Shown here one piece after another: positions 18,823 through 28,994 of a DNA stretch of 64,000 bases. Position 1 is the stretch's first letter. Every line of letters starts with the position of its first letter. The stretch covers positions 1-64,000 of the forward strand of contig RXIG01000002.1 of the NCBI GenBank assembly GCA_004212155.1, read 5' to 3'. The DNA comes from an archaeon. Lineage in GTDB: Archaea > Methanobacteriota_B > Thermococci > Methanofastidiosales > NM3. The translations under genes and the position numbers were made by a program. Under the pieces are notes generated by a model, which worked only from the letters and a program-made list of their open reading frames with translations, was not told the origin of the DNA and ran no database searches.

Positions 18823-19719
18823 TTACTGGTAGGCCTGGTAGGAGACGGGGCTTCTCCCCATCTCGAGCGCAAGCTCATTGAGGCGCTCGATGCGCTTTTC
18901 GGTCGGTGGATGCGTCGAGAGCAGGGACAGCAGCGATTCTCGCTTGAAGGGATTCACGATAAAGAGGCTTGACGTGGCCCGACTGCCGTTTTTCATGGGG
19001 CGCTTGCTTGACACGCTCTGCAGCTTGAGCAGCGCTCTTGCGAGCATGTCTGGCTGTTGCGTGATCTCGGACCCGCGCCTGTCTGCGCCAAACTCCCTGT
19101 CGCGCGATATGGCCATACGGATGATCGTCGCCGCAAGCGGTATGAACACGAGCAACAGGATGAAGCCTATGATACCGATGCCTCCGCCCTGGCGGTCTCT
19201 GCCTCCGCCCCCCATGATCGTTATCCACCAGCCCAGTTGGCCAAGGTAGCCTATGACGCCTGCGATCACGGCGGCCATCGTGCTGATGAACATGTCCTTG
19301 TTTAGGATGTGGGCTAGCTCGTGGCCGAGCACACCCTTGAGCTCCTCGCGTTCAAGCAGCGACATCGCCCCCTCGGTGACCGCAACGACCGCGTTTTCCT
19401 CGTTCCTTCCCGTGGCGAACGCGTTGGGGTTCTCGGACGGGACGATCGCTATCTTGGGCATGGGCATGCCCACCGATGTGGTAAGCTCCCGCACGATCCG
19501 GTGGAGCTCGGGCTGTTCCGACTCGTCCACCACCCGCGCCTTGTACATCTTGAGCACGATCTGGTCGCTCTTGTAGTACGCGACGAAGTTGATTACGATG
19601 GCCAGTACAAGTGCGATGGTGAGATACGGCACCGGACTGCCACCTATATAGAGACCAAGCACGCCTGCCGCCCCGAGCAACAGGGCTGTCAGCGTACCCA
19701 TAAGAAGAGCTGTTTTCAT
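18823..19719 (-). CDS. htpX: Membrane zinc metalloprotease HtpX
   Basis: Motifs PNAFATGR, GVLGHELAH, SRDREFGAD and STHPP; start trimmed to MKTALL. Confidence 0.94.
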   Translation of the reverse strand: MKTALLMGTLTALLLGAAGVLGLYIGGSPVPYLTIALVLAIVINFVAYYKSDQIVLKMYKARVVDESEQPELHRIVRELTTSVGMPMPKIAIVPSENPNAFATGRNEENAVVAVTEGAMSLLEREELKGVLGHELAHILNKDMFISTMAAVIAGVIGYLGQLGWWITIMGGGGRDRQGGGIGIIGFILLLVFIPLAATIIRMAISRDREFGADRRGSEITQQPDMLARALLKLQSVSSKRPMKNGSRATSSLFIVNPFKRESLLSLLSTHPPTEKRIERLNELALEMGRSPVSYQAYQ

Positions 19720-19741
19720 TCCTTCACCCCCAGGGTGTAGA

Positions 19742-20032
19742 TCATTCCTGTTTGGCGAACATCCCGACCTTTTGCGTCTTGCGCGGCAGACGCTTCGCAT
19801 CGATGACGACAAAGTCCTTGAGCGCATGCACCGCATTGAACGGGACGAGGCACATCCCCTCCTTGTCGGTGACAAGTATGTTTTTGATGGTGTCGTTAGC
19901 CGGTTCTACGATGAGGGCCGTCATCTTGCCACTGTTCTCATCTACAACGATGTCATAGAGGGTTCCTATCTGATGGCCCTGTTCAGTTACTATCATCCTG
20001 TCCCTTAAGCGTGAAGCGATAATTTTTCCCAT
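19742..20032 (-). CDS. PRC-barrel domain protein
   Basis: G..IG.LYDIVVDE.SG...ALIV and VPFNAV.A..DFVVI pattern. Confidence 0.85.
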   Translation of the reverse strand: MGKIIASRLRDRMIVTEQGHQIGTLYDIVVDENSGKMTALIVEPANDTIKNILVTDKEGMCLVPFNAVHALKDFVVIDAKRLPRKTQKVGMFAKQE

Positions 20033-20166
20033 GTGATGTCCCCCACGGTATGTATCTTACTATCGTTGAATTTTATTTAAAGGTTTTGTATAAAACGGCA
20101 TGCGCGCATGAAACGGGCTAGCCCGAGGGAGTCTTCTCCCACGGGCGTTGCATCTCCGTCTATGGA

Positions 20167-22413
20167 TCAATGATAGAGGATAGGCGCATCCTCTACCTTG
20201 AAGTCACGTTCGTAGAGCCTGAGTAGGTCCTTGTTGAGCGTAGGGCGTACACTCTTTGTCGCCTTTAGGAAGTGAGAGCGCTTCACCTGCGTGGCGTTCT
20301 CGTCTTCTCTTAGCGCTATCATGCCTGCCTCTCTGATGAGACCCTCGAGGTCTGCACCAGAATAAAAGTCCGTCTCCTGCGCTATGCGCTTGAGATTCAC
20401 GTCCTTTGCCAGCGGCATGTTGCGCGTGTGCGCCTTGAGTATGCTGAAGCGAGCCTCCTCGTCGGGCGCGCCCACGTTGACCATGAGGTCGAATCTCCCG
20501 GGCCTCAAGAGTGCGGGGTCGACGATGTCCGGCCTGTTCGTGGCGCCTATGACGATGATGTTGCCGAGTTCCTCCAGTCCGTCGAGCTCGGTGAGCAGCT
20601 GGTCGACGATGCGTTCCTCGACCTTGCTTCCCACCTCGGTGCCCCTGCGTGCCGTGATGGCGTCGATCTCGTCGAAGAAGATGATCGTTGGGGAGACCTG
20701 GCGCGCCTTCTTGAAGATCTTGCGCAGCGCCTTTTCAGACTCTCCGACCCACTTCGAGAGCAGTTCAGGGCCCTTTACCGAGATGAAATTGGCCTTCGAC
20801 TCCTTTGCCACCGCCTTGGCAAGCATCGTCTTGCCGCAGCCAGGGGGGCCAAAAAGGAATATGCCCTTTGGCAGGCGTATGCCGAGACGCGTGAACTTCT
20901 CAGGCTCCTTGAGCGGCCATTCCACCGCTTCGATGAGCTGCTTTTTCACATCGCCAAGGCCCCCGATGTCGTTCCACGTCGTCGTCGGCGTCCTGATGAG
21001 CACTTCTCTCATCGCCGAGGGTTCCACACCCTTGAGCGCGACATCGAAGTCCACCTTTCCCACCTGGAGCTCCTCGAGTATCTCGGAGGGTATGCGTTCC
21101 TCCTCGAGATTGAGCTTGGGCAGCATCTTGCGCAGCGTGTTCATCGCCGCCTCCCTACACAATGATTCCAGGTCGGCACCGACAAATCCATATGTCACGT
21201 TCGATATCTGGTCGAGGTCGACGTCCTCTCCTAGCGGCATGCCGCGCGTGTGGATCTGGAGTATCTCGTTGCGGCCCTTTGCGTCGGGCACACCGATCTC
21301 GAGCTCCCTGTCGAACCGTCCCGGCCTCCTCAGCGCGTCATCGAGCGCCTCGGGCCTGTTGGTGGCAGCGATGACGATCACCTTGCCACGGCCCTTCAAT
21401 CCGTCCATCAGCGAGAGCAGTTGGGCGACAACGCGCCGCTCGACCTCTCCTGTCACCTCGCCACGCTTGGGGGCGATGGCATCGATCTCGTCGATGAAGA
21501 CGATGGCAGGAGCGTTCTTCTCTGCCTCGTCGAAGACCTTTCGCAGGTTTTCCTCAGACTGGCCGTAATACTTTGACATGATCTCGGGGCCGTTGATGTT
21601 GAGGAAGTGCGTGTTCGTCTCCGATGCCACCGCCTTGGCGATGAGCGTCTTGCCCGTGCCGGGCGGACCACGGAGCAGCACGCCTTTTGGAGGTTTGATG
21701 CCAAGCCTGTCGAACAGCTCGGGATGCTTGAGCGGAAGCTCTATCATCTCGCGCACCTTGTTGATCTCGTCCTTCAGGCCGCCGATGTCCTCGTAGGTGA
21801 CCGAAGGCAGGGTGGCCTCGGGCATCTCCCGCGCCTCCGGAATGACCTCTATCTCCGTGGTGTTTGACACCTGGACGATGCCACCCGGATTGGTCGAGAC
21901 GACGACGAATCGTATCTCACCGAGGGCAAATGTCGGATTCTCGAAAAGGCCCTCGAAGAAGTCCTCGAACACGGAGTCCTTGAACGGATTGTCCTTTGGG
22001 CGCCGAACGATGCTGATGACATCGCCCTTGTTCAATGGCCTGCCTATCACGTTCTGGCGCACCTTGTTCCCGGGAATGTTGAAATGAACGCCGGTCTGAG
22101 TGGGTGCTAGCACGATCCGCTTGGCCTCCCGCACGTCGGCCTTGGACACCTTGATGATCTCACCCATGCCTGTCTTGGCATTCTTGCGGATGAGGCCGTC
22201 CATCCTGATTATATCGAGCCCTTTGTCGTTTGGGAATGCCTCGACAACGATGGCCGCAGTTTTCTTATCGCCCTCGACCTCCACGACGCTTCCCTGATTA
22301 ACACCGAGCTCTTCCTGATATCTTCTGTCCATACGTACGATGCCGCGTCCCACGTCTTGCTGAACTGCACCGGCTACTTTGAGCATAATTGATTTCTTAT
22401 TGTTGTCAGACAT
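20167..22413 (-). CDS. cdc48: Cdc48/VAT AAA+ ATPase
   Basis: N-domain DVGRGIVR; two AAA modules ([26 protein letters not shown]); C-terminal HbYX motif LYH. Confidence 0.96.
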   Translation of the reverse strand: MSDNNKKSIMLKVAGAVQQDVGRGIVRMDRRYQEELGVNQGSVVEVEGDKKTAAIVVEAFPNDKGLDIIRMDGLIRKNAKTGMGEIIKVSKADVREAKRIVLAPTQTGVHFNIPGNKVRQNVIGRPLNKGDVISIVRRPKDNPFKDSVFEDFFEGLFENPTFALGEIRFVVVSTNPGGIVQVSNTTEIEVIPEAREMPEATLPSVTYEDIGGLKDEINKVREMIELPLKHPELFDRLGIKPPKGVLLRGPPGTGKTLIAKAVASETNTHFLNINGPEIMSKYYGQSEENLRKVFDEAEKNAPAIVFIDEIDAIAPKRGEVTGEVERRVVAQLLSLMDGLKGRGKVIVIAATNRPEALDDALRRPGRFDRELEIGVPDAKGRNEILQIHTRGMPLGEDVDLDQISNVTYGFVGADLESLCREAAMNTLRKMLPKLNLEEERIPSEILEELQVGKVDFDVALKGVEPSAMREVLIRTPTTTWNDIGGLGDVKKQLIEAVEWPLKEPEKFTRLGIRLPKGIFLFGPPGCGKTMLAKAVAKESKANFISVKGPELLSKWVGESEKALRKIFKKARQVSPTIIFFDEIDAITARRGTEVGSKVEERIVDQLLTELDGLEELGNIIVIGATNRPDIVDPALLRPGRFDLMVNVGAPDEEARFSILKAHTRNMPLAKDVNLKRIAQETDFYSGADLEGLIREAGMIALREDENATQVKRSHFLKATKSVRPTLNKDLLRLYERDFKVEDAPILYH

Positions 22414-22667
22414 TTTTGATCACCATGAACGTAAAAAGGGCTCGCATAAGTGATTCAATGTTTCCTTAACATTTTGTAAATTTAAATCTTTCGGTAACAT
22501 GGTTTTTCCTTCTTTTACCGTTTCCCACGGTTGTGGACGGGAGTGCACAGGGGTATAAAAAAAATGATATATTGCCTTTGATTTCGTTTTAAATCCATAA
22601 TATATTTTTTCCAAGTGCTTCATCCTTATTACTCCCTTGTGGCGGAAATGCTCGAATACCCCCGTTC

Positions 22668-23459
22668 CTAGAGAAGCCCGGGGACTCCCAGACCCCAAAA
22701 TCGCGCATAGACGAGCACCACGAACACGGCAATGATCATCACGAACAGCAAGATGTCGCGCCTGGACATGACGAGGACGTTGATATACGTTCTCTGTCCA
22801 TGCCCGAACCCGCGCGAATCGATAGCGATCGCAAGTTCCTGGGCCATCCGAATGGCGCCGACTATAAGCGGCGCGAGGATCGGGACGTACTTCTTGATGC
22901 GCTCTATGAGCGACCCCTTGTCGAGCTCGAGTCCGCGTGAACGTTGTGCGTCCATGATCGTCTGGGCCATGCCGGCGAGCGTGGGCACGTATCTGAGTGC
23001 GATGACGAGCGTAAGGCCATAGTCATAGGGAAGCCCCATCTGGGTGAGCGCGGAGATGATGTCCTTTTGCTGTGTCGTCATGAGCAGTATGAACGTGGCG
23101 GATATCATCGTCAATATGCGAAACGCCATCGCTATGCCCATGAGCACGCCCGCGCTCGTGACCTTTAGTATCCATATCTCGAAAAAGACCGTTCCCCCTT
23201 GTTTGAAAAAGGGCCACAACAGGAGCATGATGATGATAAGCGGCAGTATGGGCTTGATATAGGTGACAAACGTCCTGGGGCGTATTCGTCCGCCAACAGC
23301 AAGGATGACATAGACGCTCACGAAGAGCGCAATCAAGGGCAGTGCATCGCTGTAGAGGATTCCGAGTACGAATATGAACATGGAGAGAAGGAACTTGACA
23401 CGGGGGTCGATGCGGTGCAGGAAGGAATCATGCGCCCTGTACATCGTGTACTTTATCAC
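22668..23459 (-). CDS. ecfT: ECF transporter transmembrane T component
   Basis: SFLHRIDPRVK, ALRYVP, and the paired Arg motifs AQRSRG and DSRGF. Confidence 0.92.
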   Translation of the reverse strand: MIKYTMYRAHDSFLHRIDPRVKFLLSMFIFVLGILYSDALPLIALFVSVYVILAVGGRIRPRTFVTYIKPILPLIIIMLLLWPFFKQGGTVFFEIWILKVTSAGVLMGIAMAFRILTMISATFILLMTTQQKDIISALTQMGLPYDYGLTLVIALRYVPTLAGMAQTIMDAQRSRGLELDKGSLIERIKKYVPILAPLIVGAIRMAQELAIAIDSRGFGHGQRTYINVLVMSRRDILLFVMIIAVFVVLVYARFWGLGVPGLL

Positions 23460-24265
23460 GGTTCCTCACCAGCGTACGAGCTATAGAACTCCTCAGGTGT
23501 CAGGCACGGTCCGCGGCCAAGGAGCGTCGAGAGCTTCATCGCATAGGGCTGTTCGAGATATGTCTGTGCAAGGACGTCCTCTTGCGCGAATATCTCATGC
23601 ACCTCGCCGTCTGCCAGGATGGTGCCGCCCTTCATGAGCACGACACGCTCTGCCACCTGCACGACAAGCGACATGTCGTGCGTGACGAGGATGATCGTAT
23701 GGCCCCGTTCACGAAGCCTGTGTATGAGGTCGACCATGTCGATGACGCTCTTGTAGTCAAGACCGGTGGTGGGTTCGTCGAGGATGAGGATCGACGGGTC
23801 GCTGACGATCACCGAGGCGACAGCGAGGCGCTGTTTCTCCCCTCCGGAAAGCGACATGGGGTGTGTTTCCTTGTACCGGTCAAGCCGCGTGAACGCGAGG
23901 ATCTCGTCGACGCGGCGTGTCACCGTTTCCTTGTCCATGCCAAGATTTTGGGGGCCAAATGCCACCTCCTCTTCCACCGTGTCTGCAAAGATCATGTGGT
24001 CGGGATTCTGGAAGACATAGCCAACGGTATGGGCCAGTTCGGCGATCGTGCGCTTGGTCGTTGGCATGCCGTCGACGCAAACGGTGCCCTCGTACGGTTT
24101 GACAAGACCGTTGATGTGCTTGGTGAGCGTGGTCTTTCCCGAACCGTTCTCGCCGAGCAGGGCGATGCATTCGCCACGCTCGATGGAAAGCGAGACGCCA
24201 GAGATAGCATCCTCTTTCATCTCCTCGTAGCGAAACGAAACGTTGTCGAATCGTATGAGGCTCAC
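23456..24265 (-). CDS. ecfA: ECF transporter ATPase
   Basis: GENGSGKT, VFQNPD, LSGGEKQR and DEPT. Confidence 0.92.
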   Translation of the reverse strand: MSLIRFDNVSFRYEEMKEDAISGVSLSIERGECIALLGENGSGKTTLTKHINGLVKPYEGTVCVDGMPTTKRTIAELAHTVGYVFQNPDHMIFADTVEEEVAFGPQNLGMDKETVTRRVDEILAFTRLDRYKETHPMSLSGGEKQRLAVASVIVSDPSILILDEPTTGLDYKSVIDMVDLIHRLRERGHTIILVTHDMSLVVQVAERVVLMKGGTILADGEVHEIFAQEDVLAQTYLEQPYAMKLSTLLGRGPCLTPEEFYSSYAGEEP

Positions 24266-25092
24266 TTCATCATCTCCATGGCCTCTTGTAAGGTAGTGCA
24301 GACGCGTGGGACCTTTCCCTTCTCATGAAGCATGTGTGTTACCTCGGCCACCTCGGGCGGGCGTACGCCGACATCATGGAGGAAGTCGACCTTCGTCAGG
24401 ACGAGTTCGGGCGATCCGTCCATGATGATGCGTCCCTTGTCCATGACAAGTATCCTGTTGACGTGCTCAGCGAGGATGTCCGTCTCGTGTTCGACAAGCA
24501 CCACCGTCATGTCAAGCTCGTCATGGAGCTTGTGTATGACATCAAACACCTCGCGTTTTCCGCGGGGGTCGAGTTGTGACGTCGGTTCATCAAGGATGAA
24601 GACCTTGGGAAGCATCGTGAGCGATGCCGCGATGGCGACGCGCTGCTTCTGCCCGCCGGATAGGTGGAAGGGAAACGCATCCCGGTACTTTTCCATCCGA
24701 ACCACCGAAAGTGCCCAGTCGATCCTCTGCCGGATCTCGTCCGGGTCGATGCCGAGATTCTCGGGACCAAAGGCCAGTTCCTCCTCGACGGTCATGGCAA
24801 AAAGCTGCGTCTCGGGGTTTTGCAACACAATGCCGACGTCCTCGGATAGTTCGTGCGGTTCGTGCGTGAGGGTGTTTTTGCCGAACACCTCGACACTGCC
24901 GCCTATGTCACCAGTGATCGTATGAGGTATGATCCCGTTGAGCGTGTAGCACAATGTTGACTTTCCACATCCTGAAGGGCCGATTATCCCGACAAACTCC
25001 CCCTGTTCTACGTCAAACGACACATCGTTTATGATGTAGTCGGTGGAGTGCCGGTATTTAAACGATAATTCCCTTACCTTGATGGGAAGCAT
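24262..25092 (-). CDS. ecfA: ECF transporter ATPase
   Basis: GPSGCGKS, QNPETQ, LSGGQKQR and DEPTSQLD; start taken at MLPIKV. Confidence 0.9.
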   Translation of the reverse strand: MLPIKVRELSFKYRHSTDYIINDVSFDVEQGEFVGIIGPSGCGKSTLCYTLNGIIPHTITGDIGGSVEVFGKNTLTHEPHELSEDVGIVLQNPETQLFAMTVEEELAFGPENLGIDPDEIRQRIDWALSVVRMEKYRDAFPFHLSGGQKQRVAIAASLTMLPKVFILDEPTSQLDPRGKREVFDVIHKLHDELDMTVVLVEHETDILAEHVNRILVMDKGRIIMDGSPELVLTKVDFLHDVGVRPPEVAEVTHMLHEKGKVPRVCTTLQEAMEMMK

Positions 25093-25221
25093 AGTGTTGA
25101 ATGATAAGGGCAATTTATAAATCTATTCGAGATTGAGGACAGCTGCGCGCTCTCCGTACGTGAAGGACCACAACGTATATATTTTTGCTTGTTGTAACAC
25201 GTTGTAGGTGTTGAAACGGCG

Positions 25222-26112
25222 ATGACAAGCGATGTGGTGGTAGTTGGCAGTGTCGACATCGTTACCGACATGGGCGTGCGCCCAGTGCCCAATTCGAGCG
25301 ATTATCTCATTACCTCGCTCAATGAGCGCATAGGCGGCGATGCGATCGATATCTCGATCATATGCTCCATGTTCGGTGTCAGGCCATCGCTCGTGAGCGC
25401 CATAGGCATGGACGCATACAAGATACTGGCGCTGCTCGACCGGCATTCCATCGACTACTCTCACCTGGTCGTGAGCGAGACGAACACGGGAAAGCGCATG
25501 GTCGTGCATGATGAAACGGGCCAAAGCTCGCTCTTCTATCCCGGCGCCAATGCCCACTTGCTCTCGTATGGCATCGACGCCCCGTTTCTCAACAACGCGC
25601 GCATCGTTCATCTGTGCGCAGGCGACGTTGCCGAATGCCGTCAGCTCATCGCCAAGGTCCACGATCCATATGTTACATGCCAGTTTGACGCACGCTCATC
25701 CCCTGCATTGTTGCGTGAGGAGGTCGACATACTCTTCATACAGGCCATGCATGCCAAGCGCCACACGAATTGCGAGACACCTGTGGAGTGCGCCAGCCAT
25801 CTTGCTGCGTCGGGACCACAGGTCGTCATCGTGAACGACGGGGGGAGGCAGGCGCACATCTGCAAGGACGGCACGACCGTCTCCATATCGTTTGCTCCGG
25901 GCATGTCATATGATGCATCGCGCTACTTCACGTCGTTTGTTGGCGCCTTCCTCTCCCGGTTCTTGAGGACGAAAAACTACAAGAGCGCCGCATCATTTGG
26001 AATGGCCTATCAACATTTTGCATACATGGCGCGCGACCGCGTTGTGGACAAGGCCGCCGCTGACGTCGAGGACATGATGTACAAGATCGTGAGGGTAGAT
26101 AATGAACAGTGA
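25222..26112 (+). CDS. PfkB/ribokinase-fold protein, catalytic motif degenerate
   Basis: VVVVGS..D, GGDA.D, SAIGMD, TG.....D.TG and GAN match PfkB; the DTTGAGD motif is replaced by DASRYFT. Confidence 0.72.
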   Translation: MTSDVVVVGSVDIVTDMGVRPVPNSSDYLITSLNERIGGDAIDISIICSMFGVRPSLVSAIGMDAYKILALLDRHSIDYSHLVVSETNTGKRMVVHDETGQSSLFYPGANAHLLSYGIDAPFLNNARIVHLCAGDVAECRQLIAKVHDPYVTCQFDARSSPALLREEVDILFIQAMHAKRHTNCETPVECASHLAASGPQVVIVNDGGRQAHICKDGTTVSISFAPGMSYDASRYFTSFVGAFLSRFLRTKNYKSAASFGMAYQHFAYMARDRVVDKAAADVEDMMYKIVRVDNEQ

Positions 26113-27049
26113 ACTGGAACGCATAGCCCAGGGCATATCGTCCATGGAGATACGTGGTGCAGGACGGATAGCCGTCGCAAGCGCCTCCGCGCTTCGTTCG
26201 GTGGCGAACGCGTCCACCGCGGGGACCGTCGAGGAGTTCTCATCCGAAGTAAAGCACGCGGCGCGGCGTCTCGTCGAGACACGCCCGACCGCCGTTTCGC
26301 TCCCTAATGCCATGCGCTATGTCATACGCCATGGCCTCAATGGCGATATGTCGTCGGTGGAGGATGCGCGCACTTCGGTCATCAAGGCCGCCGATGATTT
26401 CATCGAGAACGCAAACAACGCACTCCATCTCATCGGCGAGTTCGGATCCCGGCGGATACTCGATGGCGAGAAGGTGCTTACCGTCTGCAACTCGAATGCG
26501 GCAATCGAGGTCATGCGCCATGCCGCAGCGCAGGGCAAGGACATCGAGGTGTTCGCCATGGAGACACGACCCCGGTTCCAGGGCCGCCTTACGGCGACTG
26601 CTCTGGCAGAGGCGGGCATCACTGTGAACCTCATCGTCGACTCGGCCGCACGATACTACGTCAGGGAGGTCGACCACGTCATCGTGGGTGCTGACGCCAT
26701 CACGGCCAACGGTGCGGTCGTCAACAAGATAGGTACCGCCACCGCCGCCCTGGCCGCTCATGAGGCGCGAACGCGCGTGTCGGTCGCCGCGGAGACGTTC
26801 AAGTTCCATCCCGACACGGTGGTCGGCGAGCTTGTCGAGATCGAGGAACGCGACCCTAACGAGGTACTTCCCGCATCCGATCACATCGACGGCGTGCGCG
26901 TGCGCAATCCGGTCTTTGACATCACGCCCTCTGAGTACATTGACATCATCGTGACCGAACGGGGCGTGATACCACCCCAGGCATCGTTTTACCTCCTCAC
27001 GAATCTTTTTGGATGGCACCTTACCGAACGCGACCCATGGGAGCAGTGA
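26102..27049 (+). CDS. Ribose-1,5-bisphosphate isomerase (eIF2B-like)
   Basis: MEIRGAG, RPTAVSLPNA, TVCNS (catalytic Cys), ETRP, IVDSA, VGAD, NKIGT and NPVFD. Confidence 0.92.
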   Translation: MNSELERIAQGISSMEIRGAGRIAVASASALRSVANASTAGTVEEFSSEVKHAARRLVETRPTAVSLPNAMRYVIRHGLNGDMSSVEDARTSVIKAADDFIENANNALHLIGEFGSRRILDGEKVLTVCNSNAAIEVMRHAAAQGKDIEVFAMETRPRFQGRLTATALAEAGITVNLIVDSAARYYVREVDHVIVGADAITANGAVVNKIGTATAALAAHEARTRVSVAAETFKFHPDTVVGELVEIEERDPNEVLPASDHIDGVRVRNPVFDITPSEYIDIIVTERGVIPPQASFYLLTNLFGWHLTERDPWEQ

Positions 27050-27134
27050 GCCCCCAGGGGCCAGAAGCAAAGGCTTATAATGATAAAGTGCAAGGGATGA
27101 TAGTGATGACTTCTCAGGTAGGGGGAAGCTACGC

Positions 27135-27764
27135 ATGAATGAAGTTCTTCTCCGCGCGACGTCTGAAACATGCATGCTGCAGCAGATGTCCGAGGAACTT
27201 GATATCTCCTTTAGAATCTTGCATATGATGCCTTCATTTTCGAAAGGCATGGGAGGCACCCTTCTGTTCGAGTTCAACGTTCCAGATGCAAAAATGAAAA
27301 TGATCCACTCATATCTCAAGAAGAAGAATTATTATGAGGTTATCGAGGTTGAAAAGTCTGCACGCAACTGCTACCTCGTGCTCGTCAATGCGACACAATC
27401 GTGCGGCTGCGCGGCCCTCTCGATCTCCGGATGCTTCCTCTCGGGATGCGAGTTTTGCAAGGATGGCGCATACATCAATCTGTTCACAGGGACCAATGGG
27501 TCACTTGTCAGGTTCATCGATGCTCTCGAGGAGCGTGGTTATGAAGTAGAGATTCTCAAGAAGCGTACGCTCAACATCAACGATGAGCTTACGTGTCGCC
27601 AGCGCGAAGTGCTCAGGACGGCGTTCCAGCTCGGATACTTCGACGTTCCCAAGCGCATATCGCTCAAGGAACTCTCCGATATCGTTGGTGTATCCCCTTC
27701 GAGTGTCGACGAGATCATCAAGCGAGCAGAGAAGAAGATCCTTTCACATTATCTGTTGAGGTGA
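27135..27764 (+). CDS. Bacterio-opsin activator-type (HTH_10) transcriptional regulator
   Basis: C-terminal LT.RQREVL..A...GYFDVPKRI.L.EL...GVS.S....I.RAE.K. Confidence 0.88.
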   Translation: MNEVLLRATSETCMLQQMSEELDISFRILHMMPSFSKGMGGTLLFEFNVPDAKMKMIHSYLKKKNYYEVIEVEKSARNCYLVLVNATQSCGCAALSISGCFLSGCEFCKDGAYINLFTGTNGSLVRFIDALEERGYEVEILKKRTLNINDELTCRQREVLRTAFQLGYFDVPKRISLKELSDIVGVSPSSVDEIIKRAEKKILSHYLLR

Positions 27765-27768
27765 AGTC

Positions 27769-28125
27769 ATGACGACCGTTGCCATACCCGTAAAGGACGA
27801 CAAAGGCCCAGAGTCGAGCCTCGACCACCACTTTAGCAGGGCGCCCTTCTACGCCCTCTACGACATCGAGAACGAGTCTTTTACCATCATCAAAAACGAA
27901 GCTGCCAACAAGCCTGGTCATGAAGGTCCCCTCGAGCTGCTCGATGGCCGGGGCGTTACGGCAGTGCTGTGTGCTGGCATCGGGCCCGGCGCGCTCGATT
28001 TTGCCGCAGAGCTTGGCATGACGGTGTGTTTTGGACGTGCTCAAACGGCTTCCGACATGATCGGGATGTATGAGGCTCGCGAGTTGGAAAACGTCTCTGA
28101 TGGCAGTCCCTGCGGCAGGAACTAA
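27769..28125 (+). CDS. NifB/NifX-family (FeMo-co biosynthesis-like) protein
   Basis: VAIP....HFSRAPFY and VLCAGIGPGA. Confidence 0.85.
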   Translation: MTTVAIPVKDDKGPESSLDHHFSRAPFYALYDIENESFTIIKNEAANKPGHEGPLELLDGRGVTAVLCAGIGPGALDFAAELGMTVCFGRAQTASDMIGMYEARELENVSDGSPCGRN

Positions 28126-28487
28126 AGCCCGCGGTATATGCGCTCCTTGAGGCAGTTGGTCTGCTCGTCGATGTAGGATATCATCAATTCCTTGACGCGT
28201 TCCTTCGGTATCGATGAGTATGTATAATGATACCCCCTGCGCAACCCCTGCTTCTTTCGTATGATGAGTCCCTTCCCCATGAGGTTGGAGAGTGATTTTT
28301 GTATCGTGCTCCGGTGTTTCTGTGTGTGCTGGGACAGCTCTACCGCAGAGTAGGGCCGTTCGAAAAGAAGAAAGAGAATGCCTGTCTCGAGCTGATTGAT
28401 GTTGAGCACGCTTGAGACAAGCTCCTCGATGTCTATACCCTCAATCTGGGAGGGCGAACAGAGGTCCTGGCTGAATGGATTCTTCAT
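28122..28487 (-). CDS. Winged-helix transcriptional regulator (TrmB/MarR-like)
   Basis: ELS...KHRSTIQKSL..L..KGLI.R......GY.Y.Y pattern. Confidence 0.8.
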   Translation of the reverse strand: MKNPFSQDLCSPSQIEGIDIEELVSSVLNINQLETGILFLLFERPYSAVELSQHTQKHRSTIQKSLSNLMGKGLIIRKKQGLRRGYHYTYSSIPKERVKELMISYIDEQTNCLKERIYRGL

Positions 28488-28891
28488 TCCATATACCTTT
28501 CAACAAGCTGTACGAGCCGTTCCTTTGGCACTGCCCCGATGACCTTGTCAACCGGTTTCCCATCCTTGAACAGGATGGTCGTCGGTATCGACATGGTCTG
28601 GTACTTCGTGGCCGTGGCCCTGTTCTCATCAACATTGAGCTTTGCTACGGCGACCTTTCCCTTCATGTCCTTGGCGAACTCCTCGAGCGTCGGCGCATAC
28701 ATCTTGCACGGCATGCACCACTCAGCCCAGAAGTCCACGAGCAAGAGAGGATACGTTTGGGTAAGCTCTTCAATATTGTCGTCAGTGGCGACAATCGGAT
28801 GATCGGGAGCGGATGACTTGTTTTGCATGTCTTCCATCTTCTTCTTTTTGATGTCTTCTACATCGTCTGGCATTGTATTCACCATATTCAA
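28484..28891 (-). CDS. trxA: Thioredoxin
   Basis: VDFWAEWCMPC, SIPT and FKDGK; N-terminal helical extension. Confidence 0.93.
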   Translation of the reverse strand: MNMVNTMPDDVEDIKKKKMEDMQNKSSAPDHPIVATDDNIEELTQTYPLLLVDFWAEWCMPCKMYAPTLEEFAKDMKGKVAVAKLNVDENRATATKYQTMSIPTTILFKDGKPVDKVIGAVPKERLVQLVERYME

Positions 28892-28994
28892 TTCCGGGCA
28901 TGTCTTTATAAATTTAACTATTAGTTATTGAATACCTATTCACAGTTAAATGAGAAATCTCTTTAAGCTGCATCGCCATACTTCATCGATTGGC

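Noticed and set aside
20121-20146. Archaeal SECIS element
   Set aside because: The hairpin lacks the GAA/A internal loop, and no neighbouring gene shows an in-frame UGA at a catalytic position
22420-22698. Small ORF upstream of cdc48
   Set aside because: It is AT-rich, spans the apparent cdc48 promoter and has no recognisable motif; it cannot be excluded but is unsupported
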